DNA of 50,790 bases from a virus (lineage: Duplodnaviria; Caudoviricetes): positions 1 through 50,790 of the IMG/VR virus record IMGVR_UViG_3300017912_000567. The stretch is one strand, 5' to 3'. Positions 27,470 to 37,655 of this stretch are shown here, piece after piece (the stretch's first letter is position 1; every line of letters starts with the position of its first letter). The position numbers were made by a program, and so were the translations under genes. The notes under the pieces are model-generated. The model did no database searches. It was not told the origin of the DNA and saw nothing but the letters and a program-made list of their open reading frames with translations.

Positions 27470-28125
27470 TGGCAGGACTTACAATCACAACTGAGCCGAC
27501 ACAAGAGCCAGTAACCCTACAAGAAGTAAAAGAATACTTACGTATAGAAGATTCCACAGACGAGAGATTACTTAGACCATTTATAGAAACTGCAAGACGT
27601 TTTGCAGAAGAACATATGGGTAGAACGCTTATGCAGACTACTTACACTATGTTTGTTGATGCCTATGATGAAATGGCAGACCCTTTGTGGGAAGGTGTCA
27701 AAACTGGTCCATACCTTAACTACTACAAGAATTACATCATCTTACCAAGACCACCTGTGACTTCTGTAACGTCTGTAAGCACGTTTGATGACTCAGATAC
27801 AGAAACCACAATGGCAGCTTCTAAGTATTACGTAGACAGTGCGAGAGAACCTGCAAGGATAGTTCTTAGACAAGGTGAAACATTCCCCACAGCATTGAGA
27901 GTAGCCAATGCGATTAAAGTAGTTTATGTTGCAGGGTATTCAAGCCAATATAGTATTCCTGAACCTATCCGAATGGGTATCTTGCAACATATCGCTTATA
28001 TGTATGAGCATAGGGGTGATATGTACGAAGCATCAGCACCGATACCACCAATACTCAAATCTTTATACGCACCATACGTAGTTCACAAAGCACTAGGTAC
28101 ATCTAGCTTACTTGCAGTAGGATAA
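27469..28125 (+). CDS. Head-tail connector (gp6/gp15-like adaptor)
   Basis: EPVTLQEVKEYLRI, ARRFAEEH, YVAGY, PEPIRMGILQHIAYMYEHRG. Confidence 0.9.
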   Translation: MAGLTITTEPTQEPVTLQEVKEYLRIEDSTDERLLRPFIETARRFAEEHMGRTLMQTTYTMFVDAYDEMADPLWEGVKTGPYLNYYKNYIILPRPPVTSVTSVSTFDDSDTETTMAASKYYVDSAREPARIVLRQGETFPTALRVANAIKVVYVAGYSSQYSIPEPIRMGILQHIAYMYEHRGDMYEASAPIPPILKSLYAPYVVHKALGTSSLLAVG

Positions 28126-28454
28126 TGGCTACCAGTATTGGCAGAATGCGACACAAGGTTAAGTTGCAAAAGCCAACCTCAACACGTGATGCAGGGGGTG
28201 GTGTATCCCAAACCTATACAACCCTTAAAGAACTGTGGGCAGATATAAGACCAGTTTCAGGCTCAGAGAAGTACAGACAAGGGAAAGTACAAGAAAGTGT
28301 CACACATGAGATTACAATACGCTACAGGGACGATCTAGGCACAGATTACCGAATACAATACGAATCACGTAACTTCAATATCAAGGTTGCTAGAAATATT
28401 GATGAAAGGGATAGATATTGGGTGCTTCAATGCACAGAAGGAGAAGCGATCTAA
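28125..28454 (+). CDS. Head closure / head-tail joining protein (SPP1 gp16-like)
   Basis: IGRMRHKV, RDAGGG, WADI, THEITIRYR. Confidence 0.9.
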   Translation: MATSIGRMRHKVKLQKPTSTRDAGGGVSQTYTTLKELWADIRPVSGSEKYRQGKVQESVTHEITIRYRDDLGTDYRIQYESRNFNIKVARNIDERDRYWVLQCTEGEAI

Positions 28455-28885
28455 TGGCTATTAAAAACATGAAATCATTTCAAAAAAGATTAGCTAAGAG
28501 ATTGGAAGTAAATCCAGTTACAAATGCAAAACGTGCAGTAACACAAAGCACAATGGTTGTAAGAAGTCATGCAGTGCAATCTATAATGAAGGGTGGTACT
28601 GGTCGTACATATGAAAAATATAACCCACGTAGAACACACACTGCATCAAAAGAAGGTGAGCCACCTGCAAGTGATACAGGATTTTTAGTATCACAAATAA
28701 CCACTAATGTTAAAGGTACACTAGGCGGCACTATAGTCGGTCAAATAATTTCAGCAGCACCATACTCAAAACATTTAGAGTTTGGTACAACAGATATGAT
28801 GCCTAGACCTTTTTTGCAACCTGCTTTAGATAAAAACAAAGATAAGATTGTAAGTATCTTTACTAGAGAAGGGATAATAAGATGA
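28454..28885 (+). CDS. HK97 gp10-like tail completion protein
   Basis: PASDTG, YSKHLEFGT, PRPFLQPA. Confidence 0.9.
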   Translation: MAIKNMKSFQKRLAKRLEVNPVTNAKRAVTQSTMVVRSHAVQSIMKGGTGRTYEKYNPRRTHTASKEGEPPASDTGFLVSQITTNVKGTLGGTIVGQIISAAPYSKHLEFGTTDMMPRPFLQPALDKNKDKIVSIFTREGIIR

Positions 28886-29289
28886 GTTTAGGACAATTTG
28901 CTTTACAAAGTGCTGTTTTTTCTCGTTTAAATACAGACAATACGCTTACAAGTACCAATGGTGCTACAGTAGTTGATGAACCACTGCTTGGTGATACTTA
29001 CCCTTTAGTTGTTATCGGTGAGGAAACAACAGTGGATTACAGTACAAAAGATGTAGATGGTGGTGAAACAACCATAAATATACACGTTTGGTCGCAATAT
29101 AAAGGTAGCAAGGAAACCAAGAATATTATGGACAGAATCCATACTTTATTGCATGATGTTAGTTTAAGTGTTACAGGATTTAATCTAATAAACCTTAGAT
29201 TTGAGTTCAGTGATATAATGATAGACCCAGACGGGGTTACAAGACATGGAGTCATGCGATTTCGTGCAATTATATTAGGTACTAGCTAA
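28882..29289 (+). CDS. Tail terminator (DUF3168-like)
   Basis: LQSAVFSRL, YPLVVIGE, IHVWS, DGVTRHG. Confidence 0.85.
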   Translation: MSLGQFALQSAVFSRLNTDNTLTSTNGATVVDEPLLGDTYPLVVIGEETTVDYSTKDVDGGETTINIHVWSQYKGSKETKNIMDRIHTLLHDVSLSVTGFNLINLRFEFSDIMIDPDGVTRHGVMRFRAIILGTS

Positions 29290-29304
29290 ACATAGGAGAA
29301 TAAT

Positions 29305-29718
29305 ATGGCAGCACAAAAAGGAGCATCACTCTTGCTCAAAGTCGGAGATGGAGCATCGCCTGAAAGTTTTACAACAATCGGTGGGCTTCGTTCAACATCA
29401 ATTACTCTAAATGATGAAGCTGTTGACGTAACCAACAAAGATTCATCAGGTAATAGAGAACTACTTGCAGATGGTGGTATTCACTCAATGTCTATTTCAG
29501 GCAGTGGTGTTTTCACTGATGCAGCTAGTGAAACTACACTTAGAGGCAAAATGAACGCAGCATCATTTTCTAACTTTCAGGTAATAATTCCTGATTTTGG
29601 AACATATACTGGTGCATTCATGGTGGCTACATTAGAGTATGCAGGTGAACACAATGGTGAGGTAACATACTCTGTATCCCTAGAATCATCAGGCTCAATT
29701 ACATTCGCAACAGTCTAA
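29305..29718 (+). CDS. Major tail tube protein (TP901-1/GTA-like)
   Basis: MAAQKG, GLRSTSI, VDVTNKDS, LEYAGEHNGEVTY. Confidence 0.92.
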   Translation: MAAQKGASLLLKVGDGASPESFTTIGGLRSTSITLNDEAVDVTNKDSSGNRELLADGGIHSMSISGSGVFTDAASETTLRGKMNAASFSNFQVIIPDFGTYTGAFMVATLEYAGEHNGEVTYSVSLESSGSITFATV

Positions 29719-29960
29719 TGGCTTGGAATAAAGTCAACGTAAGTGTTGGTAAAACAAAAGTTGTTGCTGACATGAACGGTACAGATTTAGAAATGCCGAA
29801 TGTAGTTGAACTAGGCGATAGCATCAATGTTGATGGTAAAACCTATCAAGTGTCATCTTTTGAAGTAGACGAAAGAGATGATAGATTAAAAATAAAACTT
29901 GCAATGGCAAGTAATAAAAAGGAGAAGTCAGATGACAAACCCATTAAGAAATCAGATTGA
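29718..29960 (+). CDS. Hypothetical tail-region protein
   Basis: Coupled to the tube gene (TAATG). Confidence 0.65.
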   Translation: MAWNKVNVSVGKTKVVADMNGTDLEMPNVVELGDSINVDGKTYQVSSFEVDERDDRLKIKLAMASNKKEKSDDKPIKKSD

Positions 29961-30276
29961 AGTAAAACTTGGTGACGAAACCTATAAGGCTCGTCTAACC
30001 ATAGATTCAATCATACAAATAGAAGATGCTATAGGATTTAGCATCATCAAACTTGTATCACTTATGTCTGATGGAGATGTTCGCTTGTCTTACATTGTAA
30101 CAGTTCTTAAACACGCATTGAGAGGTGGTGGCAATGATCTTGATGACAAGAAAATAAAATCCATAGTTGGTGATACAGGGATAGTAGATAGTACTAGAAT
30201 TGTTGCCGAAATTCTTACAAAAACACTTGTAGATTCAGATGAAGAAAGCGAGGAAGAACTAAAAAAAAAGGAGTAA
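29932..30276 (+). CDS. Tail assembly chaperone G (GTA gp10-like)
   Basis: MTNPLRNQIEVKLG...ALRGGG. Ends in a slippery A-run. Confidence 0.85.
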   Translation: MTNPLRNQIEVKLGDETYKARLTIDSIIQIEDAIGFSIIKLVSLMSDGDVRLSYIVTVLKHALRGGGNDLDDKKIKSIVGDTGIVDSTRIVAEILTKTLVDSDEESEEELKKKE

Positions 30277-30479
30277 ACTCAGTTGAAAGCCTTCCCTACA
30301 AAAGATATATGGAAATCTGTATGGGTATGATAGGTATGCAACCCTCTGAGTTTTGGAATTCATCTTTATTTGAAATCCATACAGCTATAAAAGGTTTTAG
30401 AGAATTCCATGCTGCCGAACCTGATGCACCCTTATCAAGAGATGAACTTGATAATCTTATGGAGTTATATCCTGACTAA
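30264..30479 (+). CDS. Tail assembly chaperone GT extension reached by -1 frameshift (not in track)
   Basis: A AAA AAG at 30264-30270. The -1 frame reads GVNSVESLPYKRYMEICMGMIGMQPSEFWNSSLFEI...LSRDELDNLMELYPD* and ends at the tape-measure ATG. Confidence 0.85.
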   Translation, partial: KKGVNSVESLPYKRYMEICMGMIGMQPSEFWNSSLFEIHTAIKGFREFHAAEPDAPLSRDELDNLMELYPD

Positions 30480-32149
30480 TGGCTACAACACTTGACCAGT
30501 TAATTGTTGAAATTCGTGCTGATACTAAGAATATTAGAAAAGGCTTAGATGACGTAAACAAAAAACTAAAAACCACAGAAAAATCCACTAATAAACTATC
30601 TGCATCTTTTTCTAAATTAGGAAAAGGCATTGGTGTAGCAACAGCAGCATTTGCAGCATTACAGTTTGGTAAGTTTGCATTTAGAACTGCAGTTGAATTT
30701 GAAGATTTAAGGATATCTTTAAATCAAGTATTTGGTTCAATAGAAGCAGGTGAAAAAGCATTTAAGCAAATATTAGATTTTGCACAAACAACACCATTCC
30801 AAATAGAAACCGTATCAAGGGCATTTATTGCACTCAAGGGTGCAGGTATTGAACCAAACATACGACAATTACAAATATTTGCAGATACAGCTTCTACAAC
30901 AACAAGACAGGTAGAAGTATTTGAAACATTTATAAGAATTCTACAAAGATCAGTAGCAGGTGGTTCTGTAGGTTTAGAAGAACTAAATCAAATATCAGAT
31001 AGAGGTATTGATGTTTTTGGTGCATTAAATAGAAGGCTAGGATTATCAAGGTTAGAAGTAACAAAGTTTGGACAAACTGCACAAGGTGCTTCTGCAATTA
31101 TGGAAGCATTAACAGATGATTTAGAAGAAACATTTGGTGGTGCAATGCAGAACAAAATGGATGCAATGTCTACCAAAATGTCAAACTTTCAGATTGCAAC
31201 TAAAGGTTTTGGTGCTGAAATTGCAGAAACATTTTTTCCATTAATAAAAGGGTTTATTGATGACATTACTATGGGTCTTAATGTTGCGACAGCAAGTATT
31301 AAAATTCTTAAAGGTGAAGTTGCTGATACTGGTTTTGTAGGACCTTTGCAACCTGAAACACCACCAGTAGATTTAGAAACAAAGCTAACAGCAGATCAAG
31401 CAGGTTTTATATCACAATTAAATAAACTTTTAGAAGATGCAAAACCAAAAATAGATACTCTTAATGAGCAATTAGATTTAACCGAATCATTACGTGGTGC
31501 ATTAGATGCTAAAGGTGAATTGCTATTTACAGACGATCAAATAGAAGTAGCACTTGCACACTTAAATTCATTAAAAGATGATTTAGATGACACCACAACC
31601 TTTAGTGATGAAATGGCATCAGCTATACAAACACTTTCTGTAGCATTTACACAAGACTTTACTGATTCACTAATAAATGGAGAAAATGCCTTAGATTCAT
31701 TTAAAGACTTTAGTAAAAATATGGTTTCTCAAATAATTTCAATATTCATGCAATTAGCTGTAGTAAACCAAATTTTAAATAGTATTTTTGGTGCAGGTTC
31801 TTTTGATACTTTTGATTTTAAAACAGGAAAAATAATACCTGCAGACAACTCAGCAGGTGGTGGGACTGTACAACCAAATATGCCTGTATTAGTTGGAGAA
31901 AGGGGTGCTGAAATATTTGTACCAAATACATCAGGCAGAATTATGAATAATATGAACTCACAAAATGCTTTAGGAAGTGGTCAACCTGTAATAGTAAATC
32001 AATCACTGAACTTTGCTACAGGTGTTGTACCAACTGTAAGAGCAGAAGTAACTAAGATGCTACCTCAAATAGCTGATGTCACAAAAGGTGCAGTATTAGA
32101 ATCAGCAATGCGAGGTGGTGCATACAGGAGAGGATTACAAGGTGGCTAA
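30479..32149 (+). CDS. Tape measure protein
   Basis: LIVEIRAD start, FAQTTPF, EELNQI, C-terminal LVGERGAEIFVP. Helical, 556 aa. Confidence 0.93.
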   Translation: MATTLDQLIVEIRADTKNIRKGLDDVNKKLKTTEKSTNKLSASFSKLGKGIGVATAAFAALQFGKFAFRTAVEFEDLRISLNQVFGSIEAGEKAFKQILDFAQTTPFQIETVSRAFIALKGAGIEPNIRQLQIFADTASTTTRQVEVFETFIRILQRSVAGGSVGLEELNQISDRGIDVFGALNRRLGLSRLEVTKFGQTAQGASAIMEALTDDLEETFGGAMQNKMDAMSTKMSNFQIATKGFGAEIAETFFPLIKGFIDDITMGLNVATASIKILKGEVADTGFVGPLQPETPPVDLETKLTADQAGFISQLNKLLEDAKPKIDTLNEQLDLTESLRGALDAKGELLFTDDQIEVALAHLNSLKDDLDDTTTFSDEMASAIQTLSVAFTQDFTDSLINGENALDSFKDFSKNMVSQIISIFMQLAVVNQILNSIFGAGSFDTFDFKTGKIIPADNSAGGGTVQPNMPVLVGERGAEIFVPNTSGRIMNNMNSQNALGSGQPVIVNQSLNFATGVVPTVRAEVTKMLPQIADVTKGAVLESAMRGGAYRRGLQGG

Positions 32150-33011
32150 AATTATAACAATGCCGACTACACCTAACTTCACTAGAAGTAGTTTTAGGTT
32201 GGTACGAACAATAGGACAAACAGTGTCGCCTTTTACTGGTCAAACTAAAACACAAGAGTTTGATGCTGTGTATTGGACAGCAGACGTGTCATTGCCACCT
32301 ATGAAAAGATCAGTAGCTAAAAATTGGCAATCATTTTTATTAGAACTTAAAGGAACAACAAATCATTTTAAGTTTGCTGACCCTGATGCACTTACAAATA
32401 CAGGAACATACAGTACAAACTATCTAGAAGGTGATAAACGTGTAAACAATACAAGTGTCACACTATCTTTTAGTGGTAGTACGATAACAGCAGGTGCATC
32501 TACTTTTGCAAGTGCAAGAGCAGGTGATTTTATACACGTTACTGGTGCTACTAATGATGCAAACAATGGCACACATAAGATAACAACAAAAACTTCTGCA
32601 ACTGTTGTAGTTGTGGATAGCACACTTACTACAGAATCAAATACAGCAAGTTGTAAAGTAAGACAGAACGTCAAGGGTGCAACAGGATTATCCCTTCTCG
32701 CTTCATCTAACGCTGCTAGTGGCACGATTAAGAAAGGGGACTACTTAGGTGTCCTATCTAGTGCAAGTGAGTCAGGAACACCTGCACAATATTTGATGGT
32801 TACAGAAGATGCAACAGCAACATCTGATTCAGGTAAAGATTTTTATGCAGTAAAAACAGAACCAAAGTTAAGATCAGATTTAACTGATGGTAATTATGTA
32901 ATTTTTAATAATCCAAAAGGATTGTTCCGACTTATAGATAATGAGGTGGAATGGTCAGCAGACCGAGCATCAACATACGGAATATCTTTTTCATGTATTG
33001 AGGTTATCTAA
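32142..33011 (+). CDS. Distal tail protein with an internal inserted domain
   Basis: Follows the tape measure gene; SPFTGQ...WTADVSLPPM; GTG start. Confidence 0.7.
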   Translation: MAKIITMPTTPNFTRSSFRLVRTIGQTVSPFTGQTKTQEFDAVYWTADVSLPPMKRSVAKNWQSFLLELKGTTNHFKFADPDALTNTGTYSTNYLEGDKRVNNTSVTLSFSGSTITAGASTFASARAGDFIHVTGATNDANNGTHKITTKTSATVVVVDSTLTTESNTASCKVRQNVKGATGLSLLASSNAASGTIKKGDYLGVLSSASESGTPAQYLMVTEDATATSDSGKDFYAVKTEPKLRSDLTDGNYVIFNNPKGLFRLIDNEVEWSADRASTYGISFSCIEVI

Positions 33012-33659
33012 ATGGCATCAAGAACTGGTATTGACAGTGCCATCACCAACAGGCTTGGTGCAGATCATCAAGAATTATTTTTTGCAATAAAAGCTGAATT
33101 TGATACTAGTGATATTTTGGTTTGGACTGGTAATGATGATCTTGTCATATCAAGTGAAACATACACTGGTGCAGGAACTTTGCTATCTATAAGTGGTGTT
33201 GAAGATGGTAGAGAGTTAAAAAGTTCAGGATTAACAGTTTCGCTTTCAGGCATGGATACCACAGTTCTTAATTATGCACTGACAGAAAACTATCAAAACA
33301 GATTCTTAACATTATTTATGGGATACCTCATGGGTGGCTCTAATGAAGTTGCAGGTACTATTGTGTTGTTCAAAGGTCGCATGACAACTCTTACTATTAA
33401 TGATGATCCACAAGGCTCAATGATTACGATTGATGCAGAAAACAGATTGATAGATTTAGATAGACCATGCAATTTAAGATACACAAAAGAAAGCCAAGAG
33501 TTTTTATATACAGGTGACACTGGTTTAGACAGAATCAATCAAATTCAGGATAAAGAGATTGTATGGGGGAGAAAAGCAGGTGGTGGTGGTATTGGTGGTG
33601 GTGGTAGTGGCTCAAGCCAACATGAATTCCAAGATCACTATAGGAATATTGGCAAATGA
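33012..33659 (+). CDS. Minor tail/hub protein
   Basis: WTG...YTGAG, FKGRM, RYTKESQ...GDTG...IVWG. Confidence 0.75.
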   Translation: MASRTGIDSAITNRLGADHQELFFAIKAEFDTSDILVWTGNDDLVISSETYTGAGTLLSISGVEDGRELKSSGLTVSLSGMDTTVLNYALTENYQNRFLTLFMGYLMGGSNEVAGTIVLFKGRMTTLTINDDPQGSMITIDAENRLIDLDRPCNLRYTKESQEFLYTGDTGLDRINQIQDKEIVWGRKAGGGGIGGGGSGSSQHEFQDHYRNIGK

Positions 33660-34072
33660 AGAAAAAAGAAGATTGGATTGATATATTCTTTGAGTTTGTT
33701 AGAGAGAACAAAGATAAACCTTTTGAATGGGGTAAGTGGGATTGTTGTATTTTTGCTAATGCCTGTATTAAAGCTATGACAGGACAAAACCTTATACCTA
33801 GCACATTAAAATGGAAGAACGAAGAAACTGCAATGAAAGCTATTCAAGAATATGGCAAAACACTTAATGGTGCAGTCACAAAAGCCTGTAAAGTAAAAAA
33901 ACTACAAACAATAAAACCTATGTTTATCACTACAGGTGATCTAGTAATATTCAAAGAAGAATCAGAGTTGGTAGGTATATCAGACGGTTTTAACATTTTA
34001 GCACCAAGTGAAGATGGTATAGAGTTCAAATCACACGATCTAATAATCAAAGGTTGGCGAATTAATGGCTAA
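33656..34072 (+). CDS. NlpC/P60-like tail-associated protein
   Basis: PFEWGKWDCCIFA...MTG, GDLV. Confidence 0.8.
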   Translation: MKKKEDWIDIFFEFVRENKDKPFEWGKWDCCIFANACIKAMTGQNLIPSTLKWKNEETAMKAIQEYGKTLNGAVTKACKVKKLQTIKPMFITTGDLVIFKEESELVGISDGFNILAPSEDGIEFKSHDLIIKGWRING

Positions 34073-36851
34073 AGCAGTCAAGGCAGCAATAGTTGCAGCA
34101 GTCATAGTTTTTACTGCAGGTGCAGCTACAGTTGGATTTGCAGCAGGTGGTATGGGTGCTTTGACTTTTGGTACAGGTCTTGGTTTAACAGCAACAGGTA
34201 TGGCAGTTGCAACCTTTGTAACTACATTAGTAAGTGCAGGTATTGGTATGCTTACAAGCAAAGGTATCAATGCAAGTGGTGGTAACTTTGGTACAAAGTT
34301 TGCTTCACGTGCATCTTCTGCACCAAGACAAATTGTGTATGGCAAATGCCGAATAGGTGGAACGATTATGCACGTAGAAACTACAGGCACAGATAATCAC
34401 TTATTACATTTAGTTATTGCAGTTGCAGGTCATGAAGTAGAAGATATTGAAACAATAAGGCTTAATGATACAGATTTAACTTCTACAACAGCTACAGTAA
34501 ACAGCATCACAGTAAACGAAGTAACAACACCTGCATATGTGAATACAGAAAATGACAATGCTTTCACTTCAGGAAGATTAATTAGATTTACAAAAAGACT
34601 TGGTACAGCAGATCAATCCGTTGATCCTTTTTTAAATGATCAACTTGTAAGTATTGGTACATCTGACAGATTTAGAAATATTGCTTATGTATATATACAA
34701 ATGGTATTTGATGCAGAAAAGTTTGGTGGGGGGATGCCTGCCTTTAGTTTTGTAGTAAAGGGTAAAAAGGTTTTTGACCCAAGAAACAATCAAACAGTTT
34801 GGTCTACAAATCCTGCATTAATAATAAGAGATTATCTAACAGACACAGTTTATGGATTAAAAGCTACCAGTACAGAGATCAACGACTCTACAAGTGCAGG
34901 GGGTTTTGCAAGTGCAGCTAATATATGCGATCAGACTGTTACTTTAAGTGATGGTAGTTCTACAGAAACAAGATATACAGCAAATGGTTTTACAAACATG
35001 GCTGCAAATGGTGAGGGTATTCTTGAAGCATTGCTTTCAAGCTGTGCAGGAAAAATGTCATATACCAATGGTAAATTTAATATGTTTGCAGGTGCAGCAC
35101 AGACACCAAGTTTGACGATTACAGATGATGACTTGCTACAAGCTATACAGGTTGCGACAAAACCACAAGGTGGTGAAATTTACAACACAGTAAAAGGTAT
35201 CTATGTTGATGAGAGTAATGATTATGTTGGTACTGAATCACCTGTATATCAAGATTCAACATTCCTAAGTGCAGACACACCGACAAGTGAATCAAGTGCA
35301 AACTATGTAAGAACACTAGAAGTACAGTTTCCATTCACAACAAGTGAGTCAATGGCACAAAGATTACAGAGAATTACACTCAATGCTAACCGACAAACAG
35401 TACAAATATCATTGCTTACCACTACAAAGTTTATGCGATTACAACCTAATGATTGGGTTTATGTAACCAATGAAAGGCTTGGATATACCAACAAAGTATT
35501 TGAAGTTGTTAGTATGAACCTAGAAGTATTAAGTTCAGATGTGCCAGTGGTAGGTACAAGGTTGGTTTTGAAAGAAGCATCCTCAAGTGTATTTACTTTT
35601 GCATCAGGTAATTATGAAACACCAGTAGCAGAAGGTTCTGCTGTTAGCACAGGAACATACGCTATATCTGCACCAAGTGGCTTGTCTGCAAGTGTTACAA
35701 CAAACAACAGTTTTAGTATTAATACCAAGAATGTTGCTCTGACGTGGACTAACAATGCCAATCAGGTAGTTAATGGTACAGAAATACAATACAAACTAAG
35801 CACTGATTCAACCTATATTGATGCAGCAATAGTTGCAAGAGATATTACCAAATATACAATCATAGGTCTTGAGGTTGGCAAGACTTACAACATTCGCATA
35901 CGTCATATTAGTACCTTCAATACTTATTCTGCATATGCAACAGTCAACGCATCAACAGGGGGTACTGCATATACAGCATTAGAAGATGGTGCAACTGTTG
36001 GTGCAAAACTAGGCACAAACCTTAAAGATAGTTCTAACAATACACTTGGTGACAGTGATGTAATAACCAATCAAGGCACTGCACAGAATATAACCAATCA
36101 GGGTAACTTAGCTACTCTTGACAGTGTGAATACAGCACAGCTTGTTGATGATGCGATTACTAATGCAAAGATTGCTGTGAATGCCATACAAGGTGATGTC
36201 CTTGCTGCAGGTGCTATAACAGAAAACAAGTTGGCTACAAATGCTGTGACTGCTGATAAAATAAGTTCAAACAGTATCACATCGGCTAAGATTGCTGCAA
36301 ATGCGATCACTGCTGCCAAGATAGCTGCAGGAACTATTACAGCAACAGAGATTGCTTCAAACACTATTACTTCATCACAAATAAATGTGGGTACTCTTGC
36401 TGTACAACATTTTGATGACGTAAGTGCAGATATTAAAAGTCATTTAACAACTGAAACATTTGTACCGTTAGAAGTCTTTGGTAGTGTATTTCAAAGAGGT
36501 TCTACAGACTTCACGACAAACACTAATAGCACAGGAACATATCTTTCTTTGAACATAGGACAGGTGCGTGACGGTGCAAAATACAGAGCAATATGGTCAG
36601 GTGTTTACGGTGATTGCACAGGTGGTGTTTTAGAATATAGTCTTGATAACTCAACTTTTGTACAAGCTGCAGGTGGCATACAAAACGTACAATTTGATGC
36701 AGGAACATTTAGAACTTATGTTTTTGTATACAACGGAACAATATCAGGTCTTACTGGTACAACATCTAATGTCTATTGGAGAGTAAGATGGACAACAAAA
36801 TTAAACTCAACCTATCAATCTTTATACGTATTTATAGATAACACGCAATGA
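34065..36851 (+). CDS. Tail tip / host-specificity protein (gpJ-like) with FN3 domain
   Basis: PRQIVYG, VKGKKVFDPR, NPALIIRDYL, FN3 (LTW...GLEVGKTYNIRIR), NAITAAKIAA repeats. Confidence 0.88.
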   Translation: MAKAVKAAIVAAVIVFTAGAATVGFAAGGMGALTFGTGLGLTATGMAVATFVTTLVSAGIGMLTSKGINASGGNFGTKFASRASSAPRQIVYGKCRIGGTIMHVETTGTDNHLLHLVIAVAGHEVEDIETIRLNDTDLTSTTATVNSITVNEVTTPAYVNTENDNAFTSGRLIRFTKRLGTADQSVDPFLNDQLVSIGTSDRFRNIAYVYIQMVFDAEKFGGGMPAFSFVVKGKKVFDPRNNQTVWSTNPALIIRDYLTDTVYGLKATSTEINDSTSAGGFASAANICDQTVTLSDGSSTETRYTANGFTNMAANGEGILEALLSSCAGKMSYTNGKFNMFAGAAQTPSLTITDDDLLQAIQVATKPQGGEIYNTVKGIYVDESNDYVGTESPVYQDSTFLSADTPTSESSANYVRTLEVQFPFTTSESMAQRLQRITLNANRQTVQISLLTTTKFMRLQPNDWVYVTNERLGYTNKVFEVVSMNLEVLSSDVPVVGTRLVLKEASSSVFTFASGNYETPVAEGSAVSTGTYAISAPSGLSASVTTNNSFSINTKNVALTWTNNANQVVNGTEIQYKLSTDSTYIDAAIVARDITKYTIIGLEVGKTYNIRIRHISTFNTYSAYATVNASTGGTAYTALEDGATVGAKLGTNLKDSSNNTLGDSDVITNQGTAQNITNQGNLATLDSVNTAQLVDDAITNAKIAVNAIQGDVLAAGAITENKLATNAVTADKISSNSITSAKIAANAITAAKIAAGTITATEIASNTITSSQINVGTLAVQHFDDVSADIKSHLTTETFVPLEVFGSVFQRGSTDFTTNTNSTGTYLSLNIGQVRDGAKYRAIWSGVYGDCTGGVLEYSLDNSTFVQAAGGIQNVQFDAGTFRTYVFVYNGTISGLTGTTSNVYWRVRWTTKLNSTYQSLYVFIDNTQ

Positions 36852-37216
36852 CAGACTTTACTACTTATAAAACTGCAACAGGAGAAATCACTTCTTGTGG
36901 TAGTACAAATGTTGCACTAAACGACATTGCCACATTAACAGGCGAATCAGTTATTAAAGGCATTTATGAAGCAGAAAAGTATAAAATTATTGATGGTTCT
37001 GCTGTAGAGCAAACGATTGATTGGAAGAAAAGTTTACGTACACAAAGAAATGTACTACTAGCAGAGTCAGATTGGACACAAATGTCAGATAGTCCACTTA
37101 CTGATTCTAAAAAAACAGAATGGGCAACATATAGACAAACATTAAGAGATTTACCTGCACAGTACAGTGATAGTGATACTATGGCAGATGTTACATTTCC
37201 TACAGAGCCTAGCTAA
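36848..37216 (+). CDS. Tail fibre assembly chaperone-like protein
   Basis: RNVLLAESDWTQMSDSPL...WATYRQTLRDLP. Confidence 0.85.
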   Translation: MTDFTTYKTATGEITSCGSTNVALNDIATLTGESVIKGIYEAEKYKIIDGSAVEQTIDWKKSLRTQRNVLLAESDWTQMSDSPLTDSKKTEWATYRQTLRDLPAQYSDSDTMADVTFPTEPS

Positions 37217-37566
37217 TGGATAGTTTTATTCAAATAATAAACGAGGTTGGTTTTCCAATAGCCACTGCACTTGGTCTTGGTTTCTTCATATGGAAACTTA
37301 TTAACAGAATTATTGATGGCATGGAACAAAAGCTAGATACCCTTGATGACAAACAAGCTGAACTTATAGCAAACATGGAAGAAAGGCTAGGTACAAAACT
37401 TGATTCACAACATGGTATCTTAGTTGCATTAATAGATAGAGTACGTAGCTTAGACAATGAGATAATAAGACAAGATACGTTAATTAAAACTATATTAGGT
37501 GTGCCACAACTTATTGATAGTGGCAAAATTGCAAAAGCAGATAGAGATGATCAAAGGAAAGATTAA
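37216..37566 (+). CDS. Single-TM coiled-coil membrane protein (holin-like)
   Basis: VGFPIATALGLGFFIW followed by a coiled coil and a charged C-terminus. Confidence 0.6.
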   Translation: MDSFIQIINEVGFPIATALGLGFFIWKLINRIIDGMEQKLDTLDDKQAELIANMEERLGTKLDSQHGILVALIDRVRSLDNEIIRQDTLIKTILGVPQLIDSGKIAKADRDDQRKD

Positions 37567-37655
37567 TGTTTGAATTATTAATAGACTTTTTTTGTATACT
37601 TTTAGCTACAGGCATACTAATGTCTATAGTTGATGATATAAGTAGATGGTGGTAA
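37566..37655 (+). CDS. 29-aa hydrophobic peptide (not in track)
   Basis: MFELLIDFFCILLATGILMSIVDDISRWW exactly fills the gap (TAATG coupling; stop abuts the next TTG). Confidence 0.5.
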   Translation: MFELLIDFFCILLATGILMSIVDDISRWW

